This document shows positions 49,293 through 61,339 of a stretch of DNA of 64,000 nucleotides, piece by piece (positions within the stretch are counted from its first letter, which is position 1; each line of letters opens with the position of its first letter). Origin of the DNA: Octopus sinensis. Its lineage: Eukaryota. Position numbers and translations under genes: made by a program. Where the stretch lies: assembly GCF_006345805.1 (NCBI RefSeq), contig NC_043015.1:46934001-46998000 (forward strand), in the 5' to 3' direction. The notes beneath the pieces are model-generated. The model was given only the letters and a program-made list of their open reading frames with translations, did no database searches and had not been told where the DNA came from.

Positions 49293-49780
49293 TTTAAAGC
49301 CTAGCCAGGCTCATGGGCCCAGTTTCCCAGTTTCAATGGCGTATGTGTTCCCCAGCTGGACGGGACGCCAGTCCATCACAGCGTTACTCATTTTTGCCAG
49401 CTGAGTGGATTGGAGCAATGCAAAATGAAGTGTTTTGCTCAAGAACACAATGTGTTACCTGGTCCGGGAATTGAAACCGCGATCCTCTGACCGCGAGTCC
49501 GCTGCCCTAACCACTGGGCCATTGCGCCTCCACTGTTGCCCTATTAAAGCCTAGCCAGGCTCATGGGCCCGGTTTCCCGGTTTCAATGGCGTACGTGTTC
49601 CCCAGCTGGACGGGACGCCAGTCAATCGCAGTGTTACTCATTTTTGCCAGCTGAGTGGACTGGAGCAATGCGAAATGAAGTGTTTTTCTCAAGAACACAA
49701 CGCATCGCCCGGTCCAGGAATCGAAACCACAATCTTATGATCATGGTGCTGACACCCTAACCATTAAGTCACGCGCCTTC
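49293..49780 (-). mobile_element. Tandem dimer of a tRNA-derived SINE (V-domain-like central segment)
   Basis: Two ~240-bp units starting TTAAAGCCTAGCCAGGCTCATGGGCCC; the minus strand contains GCGATGGACTGGCGTCCCGTCCAG-like sequence. Confidence 0.75.
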
Positions 49781-50746
49781 ACTAAAGTCAGACATAATGA
49801 CAACAAAATAAAATATTGACCAGGGTCAATGGTACAGTTACAAGTCCAGTTGTTGTTTTCTTGGATTTTCAGTGAAACTGCATTAACATACAACTGTGTT
49901 GCAAGACTGTGCTTAGTACAAAGCTGACTGAATCTCTGTTGTTGTCTGTTAGGGTTCTTTCCTTTTGGGTTCAAAATAGACATATTTCAGAACCATTCTT
50001 TGCAAATGCATGAAAAATATGCAAATCTCAATGGTAATCAGTGAAGCAGAATTTATTCATGTATGTTAATCAAGCACTCCAAAGAATGATAATATTCTAA
50101 TCTCAACCATCCTTTTTTTTTTATGGAACCAGAAACTATTTTTCTCATAAGTAAAAATGAATCGTTATCATAATCATCATTGTTTTCAAAATGCTTTATC
50201 TGTGATCATCTCATCTTTTTAGGATCAGAGATTCTATTTTTTCTTTTAAATTCTTCAACCATAATCAGTAAACCATATTTTCCAGGGATTCAGAGATTTT
50301 TTTTCACATTATTTACAACAAAAGTATTCTAACTGTGATCTTTTAATTTCTAATTCAGATTCCAAGACAATCATCATTGTTTTTTAACAACCATTTTTCT
50401 ATGGAATTAACCAAAGCAGATTTTTCCACAGCCAGATGCTCTTCCTGTCCCCAACCCAAACCTTTTTACAAGCAAGGTAATATTTGCCCAGGCCAGACAT
50501 ATTTTTCTATGGAAGAGTGATAATGATATGAGATTTCGGTTGTATGACATTGATACTGATTTATAACTATTTCTTAATGAAACAAATACACACACAAGCA
50601 TGCACACACATCCGAGGTCGACTTTGCCTTTCATCCTTTCGGGGGTCGATAAATAAAGTACCAGTTTCGCACTGGGGTCAATGTAATCGACTTAATCCCT
50701 TTGTCTGTCCTTGTTTGTCCCCTCTATGTTTAGCCCCTTGTGGGCA

Positions 50747-50790
<44 letters not shown>

Positions 50791-50843
50791 AAATCATTAG
50801 CCACTACACACATTTTTTTTCTCTCCTTGTTTTTTTCTGTGTG

Positions 50844-50881
50844 CCTTTCTGTAGAAGAGCATAGGCTCGAAATGTAACAGA
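50844..50881 (+). ncRNA. Decayed A6U hammerhead-like motif (PLE terminal repeat ~50790-50950)
   Basis: CCUUU CUGUAGA A GAGC AUAG GCUC GAAA UG UA ACAGA. Confidence 0.55.
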
Positions 50882-51821
50882 CTTTTTCTATTCCTGAGCA
50901 TTATACTAATACATCTGTTTGTTTGGTACACCACCTGTCTTCGTCTTTCCCTATATATATATACATATAGGATGATCTTCTTTCAGTTTCTATCTTTTAA
51001 ATTCTCTCACAAGGCTTTGGTTGTTCCAAGGCTATAGAAGAAGATGCTAGCCCGAGGTGCCAAGCAGTGGGACTGAACCTGAAAGCACACAGTTGGGAAG
51101 TGAACTGCTTCACCACATGGACCATTATGAATCAGAATTAACCAAATTCAAAATTCAATTCAAAATGATAAATACATTTTTATGAAGAATCAAAACAGAT
51201 GCTTTTGTCAGTATGCACAAGAATGCAGAGATCAATATAATTGAAAATAAATAGTGGAGAATCATATCTAGAAATATTTTGCTGTACTTGTCCTTAATCA
51301 CAAAAGGTTATATCAGAACCAAACAGACAGCTGCCACGTTCTCAGATAAGGTCAAATGGATGGACTGCATACAGTGAAATAGATCAGGTGGGAGGAGTTT
51401 TTTTTTATTATTTTGTAAATTATATTTATTATTTTTAATTTTGATTTATATTGTTTTCTTATTATTATTAGTTTTCTGTGACCCCTGAGTTGAAATTTGA
51501 AATTGTAATAAGGAGGGATGATCATGGCTTGAAAGCTTTAATTCTTCATCAACATCATTATCATTGTTTTAATGTTCACTTTTCTGTTTGCATGGGTTGA
51601 ATTGAATTTGTCGAGGTGGATTTTTTTTATAGCCAGATGCCCTTCCCATTGCCAACCCTCAACACACACCTCCACACACACACAGATTCTGTCTGCCATA
51701 TCCACACACAAAGCTTAGATTGGCCAAGCACTACAGTAGAAGACCGCTGCACAAGGTGCCATGCAGTGGATCTGAACCTGAAACTATATCGCTGAGAAGC
51801 AAAACTTCTTATCACATCGCT

Positions 51822-52288
51822 CTTTACTCTCTCTCTTTTACTTGTTTCAGTCATTTGACTGCGGCCATGCTGGAGCACCGCCTTTAATCGAGCAAATTGA
51901 CCCCGGGACTTATTCTTGTAAGCCCAGTACTTATTCTATCGGTCTCTTTTGCCAAACCGCTAAGTGACGGGGACGTAAACACACCAGCATCAGTTGTCAA
52001 GCAATGCTAGAGGGACAAACACAGACACACAAACATATACACACACATACATATATATATATATATATCACGTGACTGACCAGACCATCAGATGTTGCTA
52101 CACATCGCTGGTCACAATGCATATATACGACAGGCTTCTTTCAGTTTCCGTCTACCAAATCCACTCACAAAGCTTTGGTTGGCCCGAGGCTATAGCAGAA
52201 GACACTTGCCCAAGATGCCACACAGTGGGACTGAACTTGAAACCATGTGGTTGGTTAGCAAGCTACTTACCACACAGCCACTCCTGCT
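51822..52288 (-). mobile_element. SINE family C, ~380 bp downstream of the host stop codon
   Basis: Full head-to-tail copy with a ~50-bp insert from another SINE tail at ~52070-52120. Confidence 0.85.
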
Positions 52289-52667
52289 TGCATCTTTTTA
52301 TAAATAAAAAACAGGATGGTCACAGTTGGAATACTTGAAATGAAAACCTCTGATTTTGTAAAAAAATAAAAAGACAATAGAGTCTCAGGTGAAACACTTT
52401 CTATGTTATGGTAGAAAAATTTGAAAACAAAAAAAAATTTCCTGACCCCATAAAAAGCAGGATGGTTATCTCTGGAACATTCCTGGTAACATTTGATAAA
52501 TTGATAAATAAATGCTAGCTGACTTGACACTTGGAATATGCGTGTTTTTAACACATGAATAAAGAACTGTGTTCTTTAGTCATGTGCTAAAAAATATAAT
52601 TTTTTGGTAATCGCATAAAAAAATCTCACATTTCAATGAATTTTTCTTTTAAACCTCATTAAGTTAA

Positions 52668-53540
52668 TTATAAGTAAAGTTCTGTTTTGACATAATCTAT
52701 TGCATCAGGTTTTTGTTGTGTGTCTTTTTGTTGTAATTTATCCATTTTTTTATCTAGTCTTTGCAAAGAATCTGATGGTTTATGAACATTAGCATTTACA
52801 AGATTACAAGAACTTGTTGGATTTTGAGATAATCCTTGTCTTTCGTTTTGAATATTTTTGTCTTGAACCTCATCTAATGAGGAGTCCATAGCCTCTACAA
52901 CGTGTTCATGTGGTACATAACCATCATTACAATTCACTTTTACATTATCTTCGACTGTTCTACCATTGAACTTTGAAGTATCTATATGATTACTTTCTTT
53001 ATTTTCAGTTTGTAAAATCTGTCCCTTCAAAGGTTTACTTTTATAAGAGTTAGTGCTTTCTTCGGGAATTTCCGAAATGTAATCTGGTTCAGAGGTTATA
53101 TAATCTGTGATACTCCCATTACTGTTTGTATTTTCACATGGAGGAATAGGATTCGATACAAGTTTCTTAAAATCATTTGGTTCATCAACATAATCTGGGC
53201 TACTGGAGACATTTTCCTCCATGTTACCATTCACACATGTGGAAACTGATGTAGATTGAACTTCAATGAAAGAACTATCTGGTGGTTCATCAGCGTAATC
53301 TGTTCTACTAGAGACATTTCCCTTCATGTTACCATTCACACATGTGGGAACTGGGTTTGTTCGACGCTCACTTAAAGCAGATAATTCATGAGTATAATTT
53401 TTTGCATTGTCTGGTAACTCATTAACTTGAACATAGCTTGGAATATGGTTTGCTACATCAGTTAGTAAACTCTTGTCAGATAAAGATTCCAGAGAATCAT
53501 AGCCTGTTGATGTGTCATTTTCTGGCGGAGTATTGACCAC
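52668..53540 (-). CDS. Terminal coding exon (290 aa + stop) of a host gene; acidic, Ser/Asn-rich and Tyr-motif-rich, probably the cytoplasmic tail of a single-pass receptor
   Basis: 873-nt open frame in non-repeat sequence. Polypyrimidine tract and CAG acceptor (TCTTATTTCTTTTTTCAG|GTG) at 53541/53540, phase 0. Multiple DY/GY motifs; ends DYVKTELYL*. The product assignment is inference only. Confidence 0.8.
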   Translation of the reverse strand: MVNTPPENDTSTGYDSLESLSDKSLLTDVANHIPSYVQVNELPDNAKNYTHELSALSERRTNPVPTCVNGNMKGNVSSRTDYADEPPDSSFIEVQSTSVSTCVNGNMEENVSSSPDYVDEPNDFKKLVSNPIPPCENTNSNGSITDYITSEPDYISEIPEESTNSYKSKPLKGQILQTENKESNHIDTSKFNGRTVEDNVKVNCNDGYVPHEHVVEAMDSSLDEVQDKNIQNERQGLSQNPTSSCNLVNANVHKPSDSLQRLDKKMDKLQQKDTQQKPDAIDYVKTELYL

Positions 53541-53609
53541 CTGAAAAAAGAAATAAGACGTGTATATATTAATATATGTGTGTGTATGTGTGTTTGAGTT
53601 TATAATAAT

Positions 53610-54075
53610 AATGATAATAATAATAATAATAATGAAATTATTGTATACAGTGCTCAGGTGCACCATAACTTGTCAAAAGTGCATATAAAGCATATGCAGT
53701 AATGTACAAATGCCTGGAAAGTGAACAGTGTATGAGTCAGATACATGCTTGCATGTGTATGGAGGAGAGAAAATCAGGTGTAGTGTTGGCGAATCTCAGG
53801 AAGCATGGAAGTTTTGAAGGATGCAGTGCTCCGACAACTAGCAACTGATGCCAGCAGTTTGTTCCATGCTTCAGCAACTCTCAGCGTGAAAAAATGTTTC
53901 CTGAAGCCATGGGAGCTGTGCTGTTTTCTGACTTTGTAAACATGTCCATGGGTGTTAGACAGATGGAGTTTGAAAAGGTGCTCAGAGTTATTGTTAGTAA
54001 GATGGTTAATAATTTTATTGGTGTCTGCCAAGTCAGCTGCCAGATGTCGGAGTTTCAATGTATCCATGCCCAGTT
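53610..54075 (-). mobile_element. CR1/L2-group LINE 3' end with (ATT)n tail
   Basis: LKLRHLAADL...THGHVYKVRKQ...RKHFFTLRVAEAWNKL. A related fragment lies at ~36255-36375 (plus). Confidence 0.85.
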
Positions 54076-55671
54076 TGTGCATATACACATATGTGTGTTT
54101 ATCTTTTATCTTTACTTGTTTCATTCAATGGCCTGTGACCATGCTGGGGCACCACCTTGAAGGGTTTTGAGCAAAGCCTTGTACTTATTCTATTGGTCTC
54201 TTTTGTCTAAATGCTAAGTTACAAGGATGAAAACAGACCAACATTAGTTGTCGAGAGATGGTAGAGAATAAACACAAACATAAAGGGACACAGCTCAGCC
54301 GTGTGGTAAGAAGTTTGCTTCCCAACCATATGGTTTTGGGTTCAGCTACACTGTGTGACATCTTGGGCAAGTGTCTTCTACTGACCAAAGACTTGTGAGT
54401 GGATTTGGTAGGTGGAAATTGAAAGAAGCTTATCATATATATACTCTTTTTACTCTTTTACTTGTTTCAGTCACTTGACTGTGGTCATGCTGGAGCACCG
54501 CCTTTAGTCGAGCAAATCGACCCCAGGACTTATTCTTTGTAAGCCTAGTACTTATTCTATCGGTCTCTTTTGCCGAACTGCTAAGTTACGGGGACGTAAA
54601 CACACCAGCATTGGTTGTCAAGTGATGATAGGGGGACAAACACAAACACACACACATATATATATATATATACACATACATATATACGATGGGCTTCTTT
54701 CAGTTTCCGTCTACCAAATCCACTCACAAGGCTTTGGTTGACTTGAGGCTATAGTAGAAGACACTTATTTTCTTGAAGAGTTCAGTTAAATAAACATAGG
54801 CACTAATAAAGAATTATCCATAATTCTGATTGCCTTTTTAAAGATATATATCTATCTTGACAGCTTGTCAACTGGTGTTGGTGTGTTTACATCCTTGTTA
54901 CTTAGTGGTTTTCCAAAAGAGGCTAATAGAATAAGTACCAGCTTTAAAAAAAGTACTAGAGTCAATTCATTTGACCACAAATTCTTCAAGGTGGTGCCAC
55001 AGTCTAATGACTGAAACAAATAAAAGATATATACATATATAGATAGGCGTAGGTATGGCTTTATGGTAAGAAGCTTGCTGAGTTCAGTCCCACTGCATGA
55101 CACCTTGGGCAAATATCTTCTTCAATAACCTCAGGCCGACCAAAGCCTTATGAGTGGATTTGGTAGACGGAAACTGAAAGAAGCACATCAAATATATATA
55201 TATGGTGTTGGTGTGTTTTCATCCCCACAACTTAGCAGTTCGGCAAACGAAACTGACAGTGTATGTGTGTCCAAGTGTATGTGTGTATGCAGATGTGCAC
55301 ATGTGCACCAATGTACAGATGCATACACTTGCATCAATATACGCATGCATGCAAAACCATAAACACATTCACACACCACATATAGAGCTATATACTTGCA
55401 CACGCCACACTTTCCTACTTCCTCCACAACAACCTGACCAATTTCCTAATTGCCACGTGGTCTATTTCGTGTCCTTCACATGGTCAGTTTCCTGTTCACT
55501 ATGCGGTACTTCCCAACTAACTGTTGCCCATATACCAACATCAAACCATGACACCACATGACCTTTGTCAACCAGTTGCTGCCCACCTTACCGTAATAAC
55601 AATCAACTTGTCATTCAAATTCAAAATTTGAATCAAAAGTTGTGAACGATATATATATATATAATATATAT

Positions 55672-55703
<32 letters not shown>

Positions 55704-55705
55704 AA

Positions 55706-55744
<39 letters not shown>

Positions 55745-55757
55745 ATATCTATATCTA

Positions 55758-55823
<66 letters not shown>

Positions 55824-55827
<4 letters not shown>

Positions 55828-57103
55828 GTTGTCAAGAAAGTTCTTGGGATTTTTAACCTTTAAATTCAGATGTGCAATCTCGGCTCAAACGAAACTTTAT
55901 AAATCGAAATAAACACAATCAGAATCAACACACTTTTGCCAACGCGAAACAAGTTTATTTATGCCAGTAGCGTAAAAATCCTGTGTTCTGCTGGCGATGA
56001 AGTCGTTGAAGGCGTGTTTGGCATTGTCTTGATTTTTGAAGCATTTCTCAAGCAGGAAGTTGTCAAGATGCTTGAAAAAGTGGTAGTCGGTAGGCAAGAG
56101 GTCTAGTGAGTATGGTGGATGAGGCAGAGTTTCGTAGCCCAATTCGTTCAACTTCTGCAGGGTCAGTTGTGTGACGTGCGGCTGAGCATTGTTGTGGAGA
56201 ATTGATCCTTTTCCATTGACCAATGCTGGCTGTTGTTGTCGGAGTTTCTTATGCATTTCATCCATTTGCTGACAGTACTTCTCTGCCATAATGGTTTCAC
56301 CTGGATCCCAAAAGCTGTGATGGATGAGACCGGCCGCAGACCACCAAACAGTCACCATGACCTTCTTTTGGTGCAACTTTGGCTTCGGGAAGTGCCGTGG
56401 AGCTTTGTCGGCATCCAACCACTGAGCTGAGCATTGCTGGTTGCCGTAAAGAATCCACTTTTCATCGCAAGTCACAATCCAGTCGAGAAACGGGTCATTC
56501 TTGTTGCATATAAGAAGGGAAGACAACACTTCAGAACGGCATTTTTTTTTGGTTGTCATTCAATTCGTGTGACACCCATTTCTCAAGTATTTTTGTTTTT
56601 CCTGTCTCTTTCAAGTGGTTGGAAATTGTTGTATACATTACATCTAATTCAAAAGCAATCCCTTGAACAGTTGTGCATGAATTGGCTTTCACTAAGGCTC
56701 TTAGTTGATCAGTGTCAACATCCGATGGCTGAGCACTACGCTTATCATCTTCAAGACTCTCGTCACTGCTACAAAATTTCTTGAACCACCATTGTGCTGT
56801 ACGTTCATTAGTGGTTCCTGGGCCAAATGCATCATTGATAGCGCTGTTTCAGCAGCTTTTTGGCCTAGCTTGAACTGGAATAAGAAAATTGTGCGAATTT
56901 GCTTTTTGTCCATGTTGTATTCAACATGGACGGAAAAAATGGCCTAATTATTCAAAAAGCAAAAGAGTAACACGATTAGATAGAGCACAAAACGGGCTTT
57001 AAAATGATATATAAAGTCAAAGTAATTTAATGAAAATTAATTTGAAAATATATCATTTAAAACCAAAATTTAAAATTCCGCAAGCACTTTCTTGATAACC
57101 CAA
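55824..57103 (-). mobile_element. Full-length (1280 bp) mariner DD34D element, inactive
   Basis: TIRs TTAGGTTGTCAAGAAAGTTCTTGGGATTTT and AAAATTCCGCAAGCACTTTCTTGATAACCCAA, with TA flanks. Confidence 0.95.
55897..56913 (-). pseudogene. Mariner transposase (Hsmar1/SETMAR-like), frameshifted, second catalytic D mutated to N
   Basis: MDKKQIRTIFLFQFKLG...; [12 protein letters not shown]; LHNNAQPH (HDN>HNN); [16 protein letters not shown]. Confidence 0.9.
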
Positions 57104-57184
57104 TATATATAAATATCAGTTACACACACATATATATATATATATATATATCAGCTACATATATATAAATACTCACACACTTAC

Positions 57185-57224
<40 letters not shown>

Positions 57225-57719
57225 CAAAGTAGGCCATGTGCTGATCATGTGAATAGACAGTCAAGTAGGACAGGAAGGTATTGTAGTATTATCATTGTCA
57301 ACTCCACAACTACAAGGACAAAGGAAACACATGAGAGAGAGAGAGAGAGGGGGACATAGGAGGAGGTAGAGTAGGAGGAGGGGGAAATAAAGAGGTTTTC
57401 AGTCTGACCAGATTATACAATTTATTCTTTTCTACTCTATGCACAAGGCCCAAAATTTTTGGAGAGCGGGGATAGTCGATTGGATCGACCCGAGTACTTA
57501 ACTGGTACTTAATTTATTGACCCTGAGGTTATAGAATTTATTGAAAGCGTTATAGCTAAGCTGATTAGACAAGGATTCTTGAAGGCTAGAAATGAAGCTA
57601 GCAGGACCTGCTGGATGCGTAATGTCAGTGCACAAGAACGATGGGATACAAATGGGAAGAGTGAAAACCTGGGTATTAGGGGTATCAGATACAATGTGCA
57701 AATGAGAAGGCTGTGCTGG

Positions 57720-58255
57720 TGTTGTCTGTTGTTACGTTGCGAGTTAAAATTCTGCCGAGGTCGAATTTGCCTTTCATCCTTTTGGGGTTGATAAATTCAG
57801 TACCAGTTACGCACTGGGGTTAATGTAGTCGGCTTAATCTGTTTGTCTGTCCTTGTTTGTCCTCTCTGGGTTTAGTCCCTGTGGGTAGTAAAGAAATAGG
57901 TATTTCGTCTGTCGTTACGTTGTGAGTTCAAATTCCGCCGAGGTTGAATTTGCCTTTCATCCTTTTGGGGTTGATTAAATAAGTACCAGTTATGCACTGG
58001 GGTCGATATAATCGACTTAATCCGTCTGTCTGTCCTTGTTTGTCCTCTCTGTGTTTAGCCCCTTGTAGGTAGTAAAGAAATGGGTATTTCGTCTGTCGTT
58101 ACGTTCTGAGTTCAAATTCCGCCGAGGTCGAATTTGCCTTTCATCCTTTCGGGGTTGATAAATTAAGTACCAGTTACGCACTGGGGTCAATGTAGTCGGC
58201 TTAATCCATTTGTCTGTCCTTGTTTGTCCCCTTGTGTGTAGTAAAGAAATAGGTA
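57720..58255 (+). mobile_element. Head-to-tail trimer of SINE family M
   Basis: Junction GTAAAGAAAT(A/G)G|GTATTTCGTC at ~57900 and ~58083. Confidence 0.85.
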
Positions 58256-58539
58256 TTGGGCATTTAATTCACATGGAGGATGACAACTGCATAAAGTAGT
58301 GCCAGGTACTAAAAGTAAAAAAGGGAGGCCTAAGAAGAAATGAGATGGGTGAAGTGAAGGCCGACTTGAGAATACTGAGTCTTACAAAGGAGATGATAAC
58401 TGGCCATGACGTTTGTCATCCTGTAAGCGCAATGCTGGAGAGAGAGAGAGAGAGAGAGAGGGAGACCAACCTGTGATAGCATCATAGTAGGAATGGGGAC
58501 TAAGAGATATGTAGATCTCTAATCCAATATGACACTCTT

Positions 58540-58935
58540 TTACTCTTTACTCTTTTACTTGTTTCAGTCATTTGACTATGGCCATGCCGGAGCACCGCCT
58601 TCAGTTGAGCAAATCAACCCCGGGACTTATTCTTTGTAAGCCCAGTACTTATTCTATCGGTCTCTTTTGCTGAACCGCTAACTGACGGAGACGTAAACAC
58701 ACGACCATTGGTTGTCAAGCAATGTTGGGGGAGGGGTGACAAACACACATATATATTTATACATATACATATATACGACAGGCTTCTTTCAGTTTCCGTC
58801 TACCAAATCCACTCACAAGGCATTGGTCGGCCCGAGGCTATAGCAGAAGACACTTGCCCAAGATGCCACACAGTGGGACTGAACCCAGAACCATGTGGTT
58901 GGTAAGCAAGCTACTTACCACACAGCCACTCCTGT
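58540..58935 (-). mobile_element. SINE family C, full length
   Basis: Same head and tail as the other copies; more copies at ~29670-30245 and 54445-54770. Confidence 0.85.
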
Positions 58936-59230
58936 GCCTATGTTAAACTTCCATATTCTTCACCTCATTACCTTTTTGATACTTTCTCCTTTCTGTTATG
59001 ACTTATCTCTCCATCATTCATATGCTTCATCACAAGCATTAACCTCTATCAGTCATTCATGCCGCCTTTCCTCTTTCCTATTCTTTGTACCATACTGCCT
59101 GTGCAACAAGGGTGGAAGTGAATTTTTTCCTATACAATTATTCTACTTTCAATTGCAGCATGGAAGGTGTTTGTAAGCCATTCAAGAAACACACAAAAGC
59201 CATTCGATTCACTTCAACATTTAAGTTTAA

Positions 59231-59281
59231 TTTGTCAAAATATTTTCATCGCTTTAAGACCGCGATCTGTTCACTGACAAA
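59231..59281 (-). ncRNA. Second G3:C8 hammerhead-like motif (PLE-type repeat ~59145-59310)
   Basis: UUUGUCA GUGAACA G AUCGC GGUCUUAAA GCGAU GAAA AUAU UU UGACAAA. Confidence 0.65.
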
Positions 59282-60231
59282 AATCCGTGCTGCTTTGATA
59301 AAACTGAGTAAAATAATATTAATTATATAAAATAAAATTAATTATAAAAATAATAATAATAATTGTAAAAATAAAAATAATAATATTTTTTCTAATTTTA
59401 GTACAAGGTCAGCAACTTTTTAGAGGATGCAGAATTTGAGTACATCAACTCAATTGGTACTTATGTGCTCAATTGGTACTTTTGTGAGCAAACCTGAAAG
59501 GATGACAGCTGATTCAGAATAATGTAAAGAGTTGCAAGAAATGCTTTACCGATTCTGCTAGTTCAGTGTCATGCTAATGGCACCCGTGTCACTGGCACAT
59601 GAAAGCACTCTCGGAGTGGTTGTCATTCAGGAAGGGCATCCAGCTGTAGAAACCCTGCCATTTCAGACTGGAATCTGGTGCAGCCTTCCAGCTTGCCAGC
59701 CCTGGTCAAACTGTACAACCCATGCTAGCATGGGCAATGGACATTAAATGATGATGCTGATGATACTGTACCATGCTGTTTGCACAACTAGAAATAGCAG
59801 TGAATCTGGGCAGCCTTCTCTTTCATTTACTGAGTTGTGTGATGAAGAACTGCATGGGCCCTGTGTATATTCTACCACCATGCTTATCATTCTTCTTCTC
59901 TCCAACATTAAAATGTCTACATATGAAGGGCAGTCATTGGATCTTATTCATACTAAATTCACCCTACCATACCCTTCCTGTACTGGTAGTTGTGACTCCC
60001 TCCTCATTTCAAGTCGCTTGTTATTACACTCCCTCATGAGAGCAAATGTGTCGCTTCCATCACTTTCTCTCTTCCATTACCCCCTCCAGCAATGTTACTT
60101 CTCTATTATTCCCTCCTCTAATCACCCTCTCACTCTAATCACTCTGTTTCACCCATCACACTCTCATTCCCTTCACTCACTCACCCTGGTTCTTCTGTTA
60201 ATGGGCTCTTTTCAATCCATGTTCATGGTTC

Positions 60232-60371
60232 TAGAAGAAATGAGATACTCAGAAATCTGGATAGTTTTATATTTACAGATATTTATTAGTATGTTACGTG
60301 TTTTTATAACATACAAATAAATATCTGTAAATATAAAACCATCCAGATTTCTGAGTACATCATTTTTTCTA
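60232..60371. repeat. 65-bp inverted repeat with 10-nt loop
   Basis: 60232-60296 vs 60307-60371, 60/65 complementary. Confidence 0.9.
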
Positions 60372-60410
60372 ATATATAATACCTGTACATCATTTCCAAA
60401 CCTTCTAATG

Positions 60411-60452
<42 letters not shown>

Positions 60453-60460
60453 ATATATAT

Positions 60461-60719
60461 ACATCCTCATCGTTAACGCCCGTTTTCCAAGTTAGCATGG
60501 GTTGGACGGTTTGACCAGGGATCTGGGAAGCCAGAAGGCTGCACCAGGCTCCAGTCTGATCTGGAAGTGTTTCTACAGCTGGATGCCCTTCCTAACGCCA
60601 ACCACTCCATGAGTGTAGTGGGTGCTTTTTACGTGCCACCGGCACAGGGATCACAGCTGCAGTTTCCATTGATTTTGATGTTGGTGTACTTGACTCAATG
60701 GATCTCCTCAAGCACAGGG

Positions 60720-60782
<63 letters not shown>

Positions 60783-60802
60783 TATATATAATATATATAT
60801 AG

Positions 60803-60876
<74 letters not shown>

Positions 60877-61172
60877 TATATATTATATATTATATATATA
60901 TATATATATACATCCTCATCGTTTAACGCCCGTTTTCCAAGTTAGCATGGGTTGGACGGTTTGACCAGGGATCTGGGAAGCCAGAAGGCTGCACCAGGCT
61001 CCAGTCTGATCTGGAAGTGTTTCTACAGCTGGATGCCCTTCCTAACGCCAACCACTCCATGAGTGTAGTGGGTGCTTTTTACGTGCCACCGGCACAGGGA
61101 TCACAGCTGCAGTTTCCATTGATTTTGATGTTGGTGTACTTGACTCAATGGATCTCCTCAAGCACAGGGTCG
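60461..61172 (-). repeat. Two near-identical RTE 3'UTR copies (60461-60722 and 60910-61172) separated by (TA)n
   Basis: The copies differ by a single T on visual comparison. Confidence 0.9.
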
Positions 61173-61192
61173 ATATATATATATAATATATA

Positions 61193-61338
<146 letters not shown>

Positions 61339-61339
61339 A

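Noticed and set aside
53541-53666. First 42 codons of ORF 52668..53666
   Set aside because: They are made of a LINE tail, (ATT)n and (CA)n upstream of a clear splice acceptor, so they are intronic.
59748-60320. 190-aa plus-strand ORF
   Set aside because: It starts in a (GAT)n tail, crosses low-complexity sequence and ends in the hairpin arm; not protein-like.
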